The notes: a model not told the origin generated them from the letters alone. A DNA stretch of 64,000 nucleotides from Eledone cirrhosa (GCA_964016885.1 OZ024740.1:41974001-42038000), one strand, 5' to 3'; positions 1 to 15,803 are shown, numbered from the stretch's first letter. A program made the numbers and translations.

Positions 1-550
1 TTTGCTCAGAAAATTTTAAAATAAATGTATTAAAAATATAATTACCAATAAACTCATAAAATATGGAGTAGTTAAAAAGCCAAGTGCTTTGAAAATGGCA
101 CTTTCCTTGTGAACACTTTTATCTTTCCTAAAATGAGAACACACATCGTCTTCCATCATGGAGGAATCTCAACGGTCTTTGTATCTTATTAATGTTGTTA
201 CAATATATCAGTGGAACATTTCACGGCGTTTTTCACTGATATCATTTAAGTTTTCTCGGTAACCTTGGTTTCTTGTCTATATTTTTCCAATATCTTGGTG
301 AAACATTTCGCTGTGTTTCACCTAAGTTTTCACGAAAACTCAAAATGGGAATTCAAGAAATGCATTTAATAAACATGTAGCAGTCCATGTTTTAATAACT
401 TCTAATAAAAGTTGCCACCAGTTTCCTCTAGTTAATCGATCACTATCAACGAACCGTATCGCAATTTGGAACAAATTTCCTATAATGCATAAACTACATC
501 GCAAACAGCAGCAAATAATTCATACTCAACGAGCTACATCAATAACTGCA

Positions 551-1120
551 GCAGAGAACCTCCCACAACCAACAAATTACGTCACAAACTGCAGAGAACC
601 TCCTACAACCATCAAATTACGTCACAAACTGCAGAGAACCTCCTACAACCAACAAATTACGTCACAAACTGAAGCAGAGAACCTCCTACAACCAACAAAT
701 TACGTCACAAACTGAGCGAATCTCCTACAACCAACAAACTCACTACCTTACTCACCACCATAGGCGCTGAGCTGGCCAGCCGCAGGTGTGAGCCTCACGA
801 ATTGGAGTGGCTTTTCTAGCGCGTCTCCCTTGCTGTCCTCCGAGAAAACGCCTTCTCCATTCTGTCTGCCGGGGTTGTGGGTGGGCCCCATCGCGTATCA
901 GGCCGATAAATAAAGTACCAATCCGACATTGGTGTCGATTTACAAACAAATTACGTCACAAACTGCAGAGAACCTCCTGCAACCAATGAATTACGTCATA
1001 AGCCGTAGAGAACCTCCTGAAACCAATGAATGACGTCACTAACTTCAGCGAATCTCCTACTCCTACAAGGAACAAACTACATCACGGACTGTAGCAAATA
1101 CCTCACAATCAGCGAACTAC
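551..1120. repeat. 40-bp minisatellite (GCAGAGAACCTCCTACAACCAACAAATTACGTCACAAACT), interrupted at ~741-941
   Basis: Units at 551, 591, 631, 674, resuming at ~945 and decaying to ~1120. Confidence 0.9.
748..909 (+). pseudogene. 3'-terminal fragment of a CRE-like (RLE) non-LTR retrotransposon ORF
   Basis: Frame from 748 reads LLTTIGAELASRRCEPHELEWLF*RVSLAVLRENAFSILSAG, matching the CRE-clade C-terminal pattern IG.RL...G.PRE..WLFQR.S.A..RGNA.SIL. Confidence 0.7.
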
Positions 1121-1207
1121 ACAATAAACCAGGCATGTGTAACATGCGGCCCCTTTACAAGCACACCTGCGGCCCGCACTAGGTTTTTACAGTGCGAGCA
1201 TGCTTTA

Positions 1208-1836
1208 TCTCCTTATAATATATAACCAGCAATTTCTCTGGCTGTCTGTCCGACAGTGGAAACACGTGCGCGCGTGGTTGCTATCTCTCTCTCTCTCCAG
1301 CTATCCCTCTCTTTTAGTCTGTCTGTTTCTCTCACTCTCACTCTTTCTCTTTGTAACACACTAACATTCCTCCCCTCTATCGCTGTGACGAATGGGGAGA
1401 TGGAGGAGGAGGAGGAGGAGGAGGAGAGAGTCACTTCGTCACTTCACCTCTGCCTTTCTTTCTCTCCCCTCTCACTCCCTCATTACGTACAGACATTAGG
1501 GCGGTGGATTGGCAGAATCTGTAGAGAGTCGGACACCATGCTTCATAGCATGGAGTGACGTCCCTTTACGGTCTGAGTTCAAATACCGCCGAGGGTAACT
1601 TTGCCTTTCATCCTCACGGGGTCGATAAAATAAAGTATCAGTAATGTACTGGGTAATTGCTGGCCTTGTGCCAAAAGTAGAAACAATTATTAGAAACATT
1701 GCTTCATTTTTACATATCTAAGCATTAGTAAAATAACTAATAATTTCAAAAGTAATTTTTCAATTCCAATTGTTATGAACAGCAAAACATTAATAATAAT
1801 TTTGTTCTAAGAAATATATATACATTTCTGTGTGTG

Positions 1837-1893
<57 letters not shown>

Positions 1894-1919
1894 GAAATAT
1901 ATATACATTTCTGTGTGTG

Positions 1920-1958
<39 letters not shown>

Positions 1959-2507
1959 GAAATATATGGGCATTTCGCTGTTTGTCTGTCGGTCTGTCTG
2001 TCTTTCCCTAAAACTCAAATGTAGATGCTACAGAAATATTACCTTCCCCTTCCTTTCTCCACTTTGGTACTACTAAGAGAAACACTATCGCTATAGAAAC
2101 ATTACCTTCCCCTCTCCACTGACTTTGGTCACTGAGGCCGATGGAATCGCTGGTTGCTATAGAGACACCTTGCACAAGCCAGACGTAACCAGTTCGAGGC
2201 GGTTCTGACTTGACACCATGCCAAGGACCATTTGAAGATATATTTCCATCGTTATATCATAACGTTTATGTATCATAACGTTTATATTTCCGTCACTAAT
2301 CTCTTTTTCTCCTTTTTCGTTTTAACATATATTTATTTCAAAGATTTCACCGTATAGAAAACATATATATTTATACATGCATAAAAGACACACCGAGAGA
2401 CGGTGAACATGTGGTGCCGAAAACATTTCTCATCCAAATCTCAACAATATCAGTATATACACTAGATTTGCTAGCAGAAAACCGCCCACCGGGTGGTTTT
2501 CTGCTAG
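1208..2507 (+). mobile_element. Non-autonomous Helitron copy 1
   Basis: A|TC 5' start followed by TATA and a GTCT-rich head; 3' GC hairpin (ccgcccaccgggtgg) then CTAG|T; near-identical 5' and 3' ends to 2508-3461. Confidence 0.75.
1499..1693 (+). mobile_element. tRNA-derived SINE, young subfamily (tail ...GGCCTTGTGCCAAAAGTAGAAACAATTATT)
   Basis: A-box-like TGGCAGAATC, B-box GAGTTCAAATACC, central TTGCCTTTCATCC..GGGGTCGATAAAATAAAGTA domain; multiple near-identical copies in window. Confidence 0.85.
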
Positions 2508-3461
2508 TCTACTTATATATATAACCAGCAATTTCTCTGTCTGTCTGTCCGACAGTGGAAACACGTGCGTAGAGAGAGAGTGAGAGTGAAAGAATGAGAC
2601 AGACTACGAGAGGGGGATAGCAGGAGGGAGAGAGAGAGAGTGAATAGACGCTAAAACACGTGCTACAGAAATATTACCTTCCCCTCTCCACTAACTTTGG
2701 TCACTGAGGCCGAGGGAATCGCTGGTTGCTATAGAGACACCTTGCACAAGCCAGAAGTAACCAGTTCGAGGGGGTTCTGACTTGACACCATGCGAAGAAG
2801 GTTGCCATTCAATTTGTGGTTGTTGCTGCTGATAATAAGGACCATTTAAAGAAGGTTGCCATTGAATTTGTGGTTGTTGCTGCTGATAATAAGGACCATT
2901 TGAAGAAGGTTGCTGCTGATGAGGTAATTTATTAATCAGATTGCGCATTTCCATAACCTACGTTTGATTTGTTCAATTTTTTTCTTCAATTTTTGTTGTT
3001 TTTTTTTATTGCTTATTGAAAAAATATAAATAATAAAATAAGGTTAGAAATTTAAATACAATTAAATACGATTTAATTTCCATTTCCAGCAGCCAATGTC
3101 CAGTGTTCAATTTCATGAAAAAAATTGGAAATAATTCAAAAAATTGAAGTTTAACTTTTGAACATTTGTTTTGACAATAAAAAAATATTTCCTTATTCAC
3201 ACCTAATGGTATGATTAAAATTTCATAGGAATATTTTTTTCTAACCGCCAGTTATTTATTTTCTCCTTTTTCGTTTTAACATATATTTATTTCAAAGATT
3301 TCACCGTATAGATAACATATATATTTATAGATGCATAAAAGACACACCGAGAGACGCTGAACATGTGGTGCCGAAAACATTTCTCATCCAAATCTCAACA
3401 ATATCAGTATATACACTAGATTTGCTAGCAGAAAACCGCCCACCGGGTGGTTTTCTGCTAG
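2508..3461 (+). mobile_element. Non-autonomous Helitron copy 2 (same family as copy 1)
   Basis: TCTACTTATATAT start directly after the CTAG of copy 1; shares the ~200-bp 3' end with copy 1, ending CTAG. Confidence 0.75.
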
Positions 3462-3483
3462 TCCATATATCTAAAGCAGAGAA

Positions 3484-3523
<40 letters not shown>

Positions 3524-3791
3524 CGATCAATAAAACTCGAGAACCACCCAACCGATTGTTTTCAAACTTTGCACATGTAATACTTATGGTTCTGTGAGTA
3601 TTTTGAGCAAAAGAAATTTCAAATTTTCAATGCCGTAGGGACCGCATTAGGCGATTAGTGATCTCTCTCGCTCTTAGTCTTTCTCTTTTTAGATAAATAC
3701 ATAGATATAACGTTGTGCTCTTATAATATCTGCCTGTATGCCCGGCTGTCTGCATTACGACATTATGACGTAGCTGTGTGTGTGTGTGTAT

Positions 3792-3880
<89 letters not shown>

Positions 3881-4531
3881 AAGAAAAAAAGATGAAATCG
3901 AAAATGCAACTGGAGTCTTATTTAAAAAAAAATATATGTATATTTATTTTGTTCCTTTACCGATTTCGCAGTTCTTCTGCTTTTCAAAAGTAGAGTTGAG
4001 ATGGAGGGTCTGTGGTTTTTCTCACATCTGGTTGGTCTTTGAATGTTACTTGTTTTATATGGAAAAAAGTGGCTCGAGACGCCAGGATTTTAGAGAAATA
4101 ATTTGATTGGTTGGTCAATAAGTATAAGACTCCAGTTGCATTTTCGATTTCATCTTTTTTTCTTTATACTTTCACTCGTGTAGGACACCTCGGTTATTTT
4201 TCATTTTGTAAAAAACCTCACTTTCTTATATATATATATAGGGTGTAACTTTTTTCGAAATATTTACTTCTGCGTTCACAGATTGATTTTTTATTTTAGT
4301 TTCAGAAGATCCCGTTAAGGGTGAAAACAGCGATTCTTTGCTTAAACTTTAATCTGTTATTTTAATATATATATATATATAATTATATATTCGTGTATAG
4401 ATACTTTTGCATACACACTAACAACATATAAACAAATGTATTTATTTCACGAGGTTCGATAAGGATAAATATATATCAAATATATAAGAACCCTAGAGAA
4501 AATCCCGAGCAACGCCGGGCCATTCTGCTAG
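3462..4531 (+). mobile_element. Non-autonomous Helitron copy 3 (different family)
   Basis: TCCATATATCTAAAG...(GTCT)n...AACCGATT head; 3' CCCGAGCAACGCCGGG hairpin plus CTAG|T. Confidence 0.75.
3885..4229 (-). mobile_element. Fold-back mini-element, family E (short copy)
   Basis: IR 3885-3921 / 4123-4160; same sequence as 27842-29853; flanked by TA/GA tracts. Confidence 0.75.
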
Positions 4532-6149
4532 TCTTCGTAATATATAAAAAAAAAAAATAGTAGTAATGTGAGCAATTAGTTGTGCGTGGTTCTCAGACAA
4601 CACATATGTGACCCACGTGGCCCTCGAGGGACCCTCAGTTTGACATGCCTGCCCTAAACTGTATACTACGCTTCTCTTTCGATTCTGTTCATCTCCTTCC
4701 AAGATATGTTTTTCTATAACATCGTATTTACTTGGGACCCAATAAATATACACCCTTTCACCTCAGCATCAGAGAGATTTGGAAACGATGGGAGAACTTC
4801 TTGAAAGGTTTTTCTTTAAAAATATAAATATATTGACCATACTAATTTTATATGAAGTGTGTGCGTTCGTGTATCTGTGTGTGTGTGTGGGGGGGGGGGG
4901 TATGAAAGCCGTGTATGTGTAGGTGTGTGGAGGGGTTACATATCAAGCTTTACAAGAACTTCCTGATTGTAATTCTTGCCATAGATGGTGGTGGTGGTTG
5001 TGATGAGGAAATAGTGATGGTAGTGGCGACATTGATGGTAGTGATGGTGGTGGTAGTGGTGGCATTGGTGGTGATGATGGTGGTGTTGCACTGAAATTTT
5101 CTGTCATCATCACGAACAGCCGTACTTTCTCAAACAAAGAAAACAGAAATATGTCGTATACCCACCCGAGTGTAACACGTATACAAGAGGTAGAGACGGT
5201 TATTCATTTCATTCCATTGTGAAAGTTAGAGTACATTTAGTTAGTATGAACTTATAAGCTCAACTTACAGGTTCTTAGTAACTCAAATCACAAGTTACAT
5301 AGTCATATAGTTACAAGTAATATTCATGACATCAGATGGTGTAGGTAGTATTGATAAGGTTTCACCATAAGAAACAGATGCTTTAAAAGACAGTATGTCT
5401 GGAAACTGGAGAGGTTGCTTTCTTTAAAGTCTCCTGTATTTAGTAACATCAAACATGCAGAAATAGCCACCTCCGTGGTGGTTCTCGAGTTATGTATGTC
5501 ATGCTTGTGTATTCATGTATGTGTGTGCATGTGTGTGTGAAAACGTCACTTGTATGTGTGTTATGGCTGTATGTGTGCACGCGTCCTGTGTGTGTGTGTG
5601 TGTATCATGTGAGTCATGTGTGCATGTGCGTGAATGCGTCAGGTTTCTGTGTCGTGTGTGTGTCATGAGTGTGAAAGCGTTAAGTGGGTGCGTCATGTGT
5701 GTGTTTGTAATGTGTCTGTCATGGAAGTGAATGCGTCATGTGTATCTGAAAAATTCGGACATCTAATTTTTTTGTGTGTGCCCGTTAGTATGAATCTAGC
5801 TATATCTCTTTGATTCTTAATTTCCTTGTGAGTAATCTAAGCTGTCACATTTACATGAAATATTCCATCTTATTACCGAAATCACAACACACGCCCCAAC
5901 GCGATTTATACCAACCAATCAGAAGAGTATATTCCGCTTGCCATCTTGTCATATCATTGGCTGTTGTATGTTTACCATTCAAAATAACTTTGACGAAGCA
6001 AGTGCGCCAAAACGTGTGGAAACGTTTAGTTCTGGCAATTAGGGCCAACTGACAGAATTACAATATCTAAGTACTACTCCAGTACTGAACACTATCTCCT
6101 GTACATAACTGTACAGACACCGCGGATGGAAGGACAAATTGATCTCGGT

Positions 6150-6292
6150 TACATTCTGAGTTCAAGCTCCACTATGGTCAACATTGCCTCTCTTTCATCT
6201 TTCAGAATAAAGTACCAGTTAGGTACTGCGGTCGATGTACTCGGCTTTCCCCAAATTTTCTGGCCTTGAGCCAATATTAGAAAGTATTAATA
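6150..6292 (+). mobile_element. Diverged SINE copy
   Basis: CTGAGTTCAAG..., ATAAAGTACCAG..GGTCGAT, tail GGCCTTGAGCCAATATTAGAAAG. Confidence 0.6.
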
Positions 6293-7313
6293 CTTTCTTT
6301 CTCACACAACCATGCAGTGTTTTTTCGCGCGGCATGTGTTCATGTGCGCGCGCGCGCGTGCTAAAATAGGCAAATTTATGCATACATTTTAATGACGAAA
6401 TTTACGCATTTGTCATTAGTAATTAGATGAAGTTGGACGAGTTAAGTATTGAAACAATGGTGACTACATAGCAAGACGAAATAGACATAGAAATAGACTC
6501 TTCCAGTTGTCGGAGTCATTATCAACTAACTTAGCTCAAGCCAAATGGGTTACGTATGAATATTTATTAAAACCTAGTTACATGTATTTACATACATGTG
6601 TATATATTTACATATATATACATTAAGTATTAATATATATATATACATTAAGTATTAATATATATATATATATATGTGTGTGTATATACATATATATATA
6701 TGTGTGTGTATATATGTGTATATATATGTGTGTATGTATATATATATATGTATATACATTAAGAAATGTGTGAATAAGCTGTATTTACCTTTATACTAGT
6801 ACGTTTTCAACTATACAGCAGTAGACGAAGTAGCGTGTGAGTTGGTCATTGTGCATCAATGCACAATTATATTCGTGTCTGCAAACAGATGAGCTTGAAA
6901 TAGATTAATAAAAACACTTGATATTAAACCTAATATAAAATTTACTATAAACAGACTATATATTTTCATCTTTATTAAGTAATCATCTATATAGGTGAGT
7001 GTATGTGTGTATGTGTGTGTGTGTGCGTGTGAGGGTATGTGTGAAAGTGCGTACACATATATGTGTATTTCTAGATGTATATTTGCGTGTATGTGCATAT
7101 AGTAGTGTATGGACACGGATGTATATATATGTATATAAGATGAACAGACAATTGCATTGCTACCTCGTTAGCCACTTTGCTGGCGCGTCATTTTGTGCAT
7201 TAAGATGATATTGCACTTAGAGTGCCAGTTTACAGAACAAATTAAATGCATATGAGCCGATAACAAAACAAAGAATGGACAGGAAGATTTACAGTTTCTT
7301 TCGACAAAAACAT

Positions 7314-7352
<39 letters not shown>

Positions 7353-7363
7353 TATATATATAT

Positions 7364-7470
7364 AAAGGCTTCTACATGACTAGAACTGTTTCATTCGGGA
7401 GAAATCATCAGGCTTCCTGATGATTTCTCCCGAATGAAACAGTTCTAGTCCTGTAAAAGCCTTTCTATAT
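7364..7470. mobile_element. Fold-back mini-element containing a hammerhead ribozyme
   Basis: Arms 7364-7412 / 7416-7464, axis ~7414, next to (TA)n. Confidence 0.75.
7411..7461 (+). ncRNA. Type I hammerhead ribozyme
   Basis: ggcttc CTGATGA tttc-tccc-gaat GAAAC a...t GTA aaagcc (the inverted arm reads gaagcc, a perfect stem I partner). Confidence 0.7.
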
Positions 7471-7476
7471 TAAATA

Positions 7477-7676
7477 TAGGAAAATAGTCAGGACCTCGAT
7501 GGCTGAGCTCCGACAGTTTCGACAGCTAGATCCGAACGTTCGGATCTAGCTGTCGAAATGGCGGGAGCTCAGCCGTCGGGGTCCTGACTCTTTCCCTATT
7601 ACCCACTCTACTGCCCTAAGTATTGAGTACTCTGGTGCGTTATGGTCTACCTGGTATCTTACCACACTTTCTTTTA
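7477..7676 (+). mobile_element. Fold-back mini-element, family A
   Basis: Palindrome axis 7537/7538; long arm ends ...TTACCACACTTTCTTT|(TA)n; homologous to other family A copies. Confidence 0.8.
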
Positions 7677-8340
7677 TATATATATATATATATGCGTGTG
7701 CGAGCGCGCGCGTTCGCGTTGTGTGTGTACACATCTGATATGTGTATATGCGTGTATGTACAAACATGTCTTAGTGCATACACAAGTAAATCTATGCCCG
7801 TGTTCATGTCTCATACGAATAAATTAGCATATGTACAAATACGTGTATGCAAGTGTATGTCACATGTGTGAATATACGTATGTACAAACATGTATGTGAT
7901 TGTTCACTCTGTAGACACACATGAATTTGCTTAAGTCCGAAGATGTAATTATGCCTGCTTGTGTGTGTGTGTGTGTGTGTGCACATGTTTGTGTGTGTCT
8001 GTATGTTTGTGTGTGCTTGTATGTGCATACACAACCCTTTCAGTATAAATAAACTATCTGCACATATTCATCTGCATTACTATGAAAATGCTTCTGTGTT
8101 GTGTGTCAGCATTTGTGCATGTGTTCTTGTTTGTGTTTGTGTGTTTGTGTTTGTATGTGGGTAATTGTGTGTAGGTTTTTGTGTGTAGGTTTTTGTGTGT
8201 AGGTTTTTGTGTGTAGGTTTTTGTGTGTAGGTTTCTGTGTGCGTGCGTTTCTGTGTTTGTGTTTGTTTCTGTGCATCAGTGTGTGTTTGTGTTTGTATGT
8301 TGTCTGTGTGTGTGTGTGTGTGTGTTTGTGTTAGTGTATG

Positions 8341-8384
<44 letters not shown>

Positions 8385-8616
8385 CGCCCGTGTGTGTGTG
8401 TTGAAGTGTGTGATTAGCTACATATGTTGATGCGTTCGCATGCCTATATAAATATGTGAATATTTTTCTGTGTCTATGTTTACGTGTACATTTCATATTA
8501 GTAATTGTCTTAATTCATCAAAGAGAAATTCTGCCGATTTTCAAGCCGTAATTGGACATTATATTTCTCAAGGAATTACAATGTGTTTCAATATAATTGA
8601 ATATACTGCATTAAAG

Positions 8617-8803
8617 TAATTGTTTCTACTTTTGGCACAAGGCCAGCAATTACCAGTGTATTACTGGTACTTTATTTTATCGACCCCGTAAGGATGAAAG
8701 GCAAAGTTAACCTCGGCGGGATTTGAACCCAGAATGGCAATGGCCGCAACTCTATGCGTCAAAGCATGGCGTCCGACCCTCTACCGATACTGCCAATCCA
8801 CCG
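8617..8803 (-). mobile_element. tRNA-derived SINE, young subfamily
   Basis: Reverse complement of the 1499-1693 consensus. Confidence 0.85.
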
Positions 8804-10500
8804 ATGTAGTCACAGGTATCCAGATATTGTTTGTAGCCACACCACTATCTTAGAAAAATAACATGCACATTTAGATATGGTGTTAGTTTTCATTGAAAGG
8901 TCAATGGAATGTTTTGGCGTTTATGGCATTCTCTAAGTCTTAGAGTCTAAGACATCAACAGCACATTAGAAAATGACCTTGGATATATCTAGAATCGTAA
9001 ATGTATCAACGATACCTCTTGCTCTACGAGTGGGTTTTGATCTTAAAAGGACCTGCATACTCCGCCCCCTTATATACGTACATATATGCACGCACAGGCA
9101 CACAATACACATACACATACACACACACACACATGCACATACACACACACATGTGCATATATAACATGCCATGATATAAACAGTAGGTACGAATACTAAT
9201 ATATAGCCCCCATACATGGTGCTGTGTTTCGATTGCTTGTTTATTCTCGTCAAATAAAGAAACATTTATGCAAATAGCAGTCTTTTGAATACAGTTTCGT
9301 GTGATTTTATGTTACTAGGAGTGATGAATGGAGAAGAACACTGGTGGTAACTACCTGTTCACCAGGAGGTGTTGACTTCATAAGATTTAGAGAGATGTGT
9401 AAGGGAAAGAGAGAGAGAGAGAGAGACAGAGGCGTGTTGGATAGAAAGAGGAAGAGAGACGAGATGAATAGCGAGAGAAAGAGAGATACATGATGGATAG
9501 AGAGAGGCGTGATGGATAGAAAGAGAGCGACGAGATGGATAGAAAGAAAGAGACGAGATGGAGAGAGAGAAAGCGTTAGACGAGACGGAGAGAGAAGGAG
9601 AGAGAGAAAGAGTGAAATGAGATGGGCAGATAGGGAATCTAAACATTCCTGTTCGGCTGATAATGACCTCCGACACTATTTGAGTTGTTCATTCCGTTTC
9701 TCACAGGAACCCTATGGTTCAATCCCACAGTGAGGTTAAATGTATGCTTATTAAGTGCGGGCTTACATATCAATGTATAAAACAAGTCAAGAAGGAAAAA
9801 TAACACAGGAGAACAATGCAATACAATGATGGTATATTAGTTTAACGCTTCATACAGTTGGATGAAAGCTTAAAGTTTCGGATGCTATTCCTTCATCGAA
9901 AGATATGAAAATATAGAAGAGTGGGCGTTTGCGGGAGACAAGATAAAAACAAAACAAACAAAAAACAACAACAAAACAACAACAAACAAACAAGAAGATA
10001 TACGAGAGTAAAAAAGAAAACATGCATGTATACCTCAAAGCATAAATACATCCAAGTATATACAAAAATATGTATATACTTGAGTGGAATGGAAAAATAC
10101 GAATTTGGTTACGTATCATGATTACATATATTTACATTACTTCTATCATGGTTATATCTATTTAGAATACCCGCCCCAGAAAACTATACTCTATATCTGT
10201 GATACTCTATATCTATAACTGTATCATCGTTATATATATTTAGAATATTTTTAATATAGTTAAATACATTAACAATACACACAGAGAGTTATAGGTAATA
10301 TCTATGGTATGTGCATAACGAATCAATGAGTAAATTCATAAGTGTATAAATATCGAGATCGTGTCCGTTGCCCTAGATATATGTTTAATGTGTATACAAA
10401 CATAGTCATGTATAACATAGATATATGTTTCATGTTTATACAGACTTATGTGTAACCAAGATATATGTTTAATGTATTAACAAACATAGAATCATCTTTA

Positions 10501-10592
<92 letters not shown>

Positions 10593-10830
10593 AGAGAGAT
10601 GGAGAGAGAGAGAGATAAGTGGTTCCACAACAGTTAGTTCACCATACCAAGAACAAATGTTTCACTTTATTCGGATCGTCACCTCGATCTCCGAGCTGAG
10701 GATCCGGACTAACTGTTGTGGAACTACTTATGGATTGAGTGGTCTACTACTACAGATATAACCCACCAGTGTTCTACTATTACACACACACACACGCGCG
10801 TGCATATACATATACATATATATATATATT

Positions 10831-10893
<63 letters not shown>

Positions 10894-10996
10894 TATAATA
10901 TATAATATATATATATATATTATATATATATAATATATATATAATATATAATATATATATATATTATATATATAATATATAATATATATATATATT

Positions 10997-11038
<42 letters not shown>

Positions 11039-11177
11039 AATATATATATAATATATAATATATATATATATTATATATATATTATATATATATAATATAT
11101 ATATATATTATATATATATTATTATATATATAATATATATATATATTATATATATATAATATATATATATATTATAT

Positions 11178-11253
<76 letters not shown>

Positions 11254-11270
11254 ATATATATATATATATT

Positions 11271-11309
<39 letters not shown>

Positions 11310-11359
11310 ATATATTATATATATATTTATATATTATATATATATATTATATATATATA

Positions 11360-11406
<47 letters not shown>

Positions 11407-11407
11407 T

Positions 11408-11438
<31 letters not shown>

Positions 11439-11580
11439 ATATATATATATATATATTATATATATTATATATATATAATATATATATATATATTATATAT
11501 TATATATATATTATATATATATAATATATATATATAATATATATATAATATATAATATATATATATATTATATATATATA

Positions 11581-11660
<80 letters not shown>

Positions 11661-11708
11661 AATATATATATATAATATATATATATATAATATATATATA
11701 TATAATAT

Positions 11709-11779
<71 letters not shown>

Positions 11780-11828
11780 ATATATATGTATAATATATAT
11801 ATATATATATCATATATATATATATATA

Positions 11829-11912
<84 letters not shown>

Positions 11913-11974
11913 TATATATATATTATATATATATATATATTATATATATATATATATTATATATATATATATAT

Positions 11975-12008
<34 letters not shown>

Positions 12009-12471
12009 ATATATATTATATATATATATATATATTATATATATATATATATATTTATTATATATATTTATATATATATATATAATATAATATATATATA
12101 TATAATATATATATATATTATATATATATAATATATATATAATATATATATATATTATATATTATATATATATTATATATATATAATATATATATAATAT
12201 ATATATATGTTATATATAATATATATTTAATATATAATATATATATATATTATATATAATATATATATATATTATATATATATAATATATATATATATAT
12301 AATATATATATAATATATATATATATATTATATATTATATATGTATATAATATATATATATATTATATATATATATATATATATAAATATATATATATAT
12401 AATATATATATATAATATATATATATAAAATAAATATATATATTATATATATATATATATATATAATATAT

Positions 12472-12505
<34 letters not shown>

Positions 12506-12526
12506 ATATATATATATAATATATAT

Positions 12527-12560
<34 letters not shown>

Positions 12561-12609
12561 GAAATATATATATATATATAATATATATAATATATATATA
12601 TATATATAG

Positions 12610-12686
<77 letters not shown>

Positions 12687-12727
12687 TATATATAATATAT
12701 ATATATAATATATATATATAATGTTAT

Positions 12728-12759
<32 letters not shown>

Positions 12760-12788
12760 ATATATATATATATATAATATATATATAT

Positions 12789-12840
<52 letters not shown>

Positions 12841-12859
12841 TATATAATATATATAATAT

Positions 12860-12891
<32 letters not shown>

Positions 12892-13032
12892 ATATATATA
12901 TATATAATATATATATATAATATATATATATATATATAATATATTTTTATATAATATATATATATATAATATATATCATATATATATATATATATATAAT
13001 ATATATATATATATAATATATATATATATATA

Positions 13033-13110
<78 letters not shown>

Positions 13111-13131
13111 GATATATATATAATATATAAT

Positions 13132-13163
<32 letters not shown>

Positions 13164-13234
13164 ATATATATATATATATAATATATATATATAATATATA
13201 TATAATATATATATATAATATATATATAATATAT

Positions 13235-13268
<34 letters not shown>

Positions 13269-13303
13269 ATATATATAATATGTATATATATAATATATAT
13301 AAT

Positions 13304-13348
<45 letters not shown>

Positions 13349-13359
13349 TATATATATAT

Positions 13360-13486
<127 letters not shown>

Positions 13487-13508
13487 AATATATATATAAT
13501 ATATATAT

Positions 13509-13555
13509 ACTCTTCAACTCTTTTACCTGTTTCAGCCATCCGCTGAGGCCAGATA
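13509..13555 (-). mobile_element. 3'-tail fragment of a second SINE family stranded in (TA)n
   Basis: CTCTTTTACCTGTTTCAGCCAT..CTGAGGCCA resembles, from memory, the common octopus SINE end CTCTTTTACTTGTTTCAGTCATT..ACTGCGGCCA. Confidence 0.45.
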
Positions 13556-13687
13556 TATATAAGATATATATATATATATATATATAATATATATATATAT
13601 AATATATATATAAATATATATATATATATAATATATATATAATATATATATATATATAAATATATATAATATATATATATATATACA

Positions 13688-13754
<67 letters not shown>

Positions 13755-13790
13755 ATATATATATATATATAATATATATATATATAATAT

Positions 13791-13843
<53 letters not shown>

Positions 13844-13869
13844 TATATATATATGTATAATATATATAT

Positions 13870-13931
<62 letters not shown>

Positions 13932-13981
13932 GTATAATATATATATATATATAATATATATTTATAATATATATATATAAT

Positions 13982-14030
<49 letters not shown>

Positions 14031-14088
14031 TATATGTATATTATATATATATATAAAATATATATATATAATATATATATATATATTA

Positions 14089-14889
<801 letters not shown>

Positions 14890-15022
14890 AATATAATATA
14901 TATATAATATATATATATATAATATATATATATAATATATATATATATAATATATATATATATAATATATATATATATATAATATATATATATATAATAT
15001 ATATATATAATATATATATAAT

Positions 15023-15054
<32 letters not shown>

Positions 15055-15116
15055 ATATAATATATATATATATAATATATATTTAATATATATAATATAT
15101 ATAATATATATATAAT

Positions 15117-15161
<45 letters not shown>

Positions 15162-15548
15162 TATAATATATATATATATTATATATATATATATTATATA
15201 TATATATATATATATATTATTATATATATATATTATATATATATTATATATATATTATATATATATATATTATATATATATATTATATATATATTATATA
15301 TATATATTATATATATTATATATATATATTATATATATATATATATAATATATATAATATATATAATATATATATATAATATATATATATATAATATATA
15401 TATAATATATATATATAATATATATATAATATATAATATAATATATATATATATATATATAATATATATATATATATAATATATATATATAATATATATA
15501 TATAATATATATATATATATATAATATATATATATAATATATATATAT

Positions 15549-15581
<33 letters not shown>

Positions 15582-15594
15582 ATATATATATAAT

Positions 15595-15626
<32 letters not shown>

Positions 15627-15628
15627 AT

Positions 15629-15716
<88 letters not shown>

Positions 15717-15771
15717 TATATAATATATATATATATAATATATATTTATATATATATATTATAATATATAT

Positions 15772-15803
<32 letters not shown>

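Larger units (their letters stand above)
1130..4651. mobile_element. hAT (Charlie-like) non-autonomous element, split by nested Helitrons
   Basis: TIRs CAGGCATGTGTAAC (1130) / GTTTGACATGCCTG (4638-4651); subterminal GCGGCCC/GTGGCCC motifs; degenerate 8-bp TSD caaTAaac / cccTAaac. Confidence 0.7.

Noticed and set aside
551-1120. Regular 40-bp repeats as a CRISPR array
   Set aside because: No unique spacers, no cas genes, eukaryotic context.
1499-1590. tRNA gene calls for SINE heads (also 41683)
   Set aside because: A/B boxes present but no intact cloverleaf; followed by SINE core and tail.
4940-9760. Possible small host exons (AG..GT-bounded stretches near 5370-5435, 9016-9052, 9319-9346, 9707-9729)
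   Set aside because: Short, on inconsistent strands, no recognisable protein; would need RNA-seq.
9860-9905. HHR-like TCGATGA-AGGA..TCC-GAAAC on the minus strand
   Set aside because: Core and stems I/III do not pair convincingly; probably a decayed PLE end.
10618-10785. 21-bp IR island next to GA/CA repeats
   Set aside because: Probably another fold-back element, but single copy and no ribozyme motif resolved.
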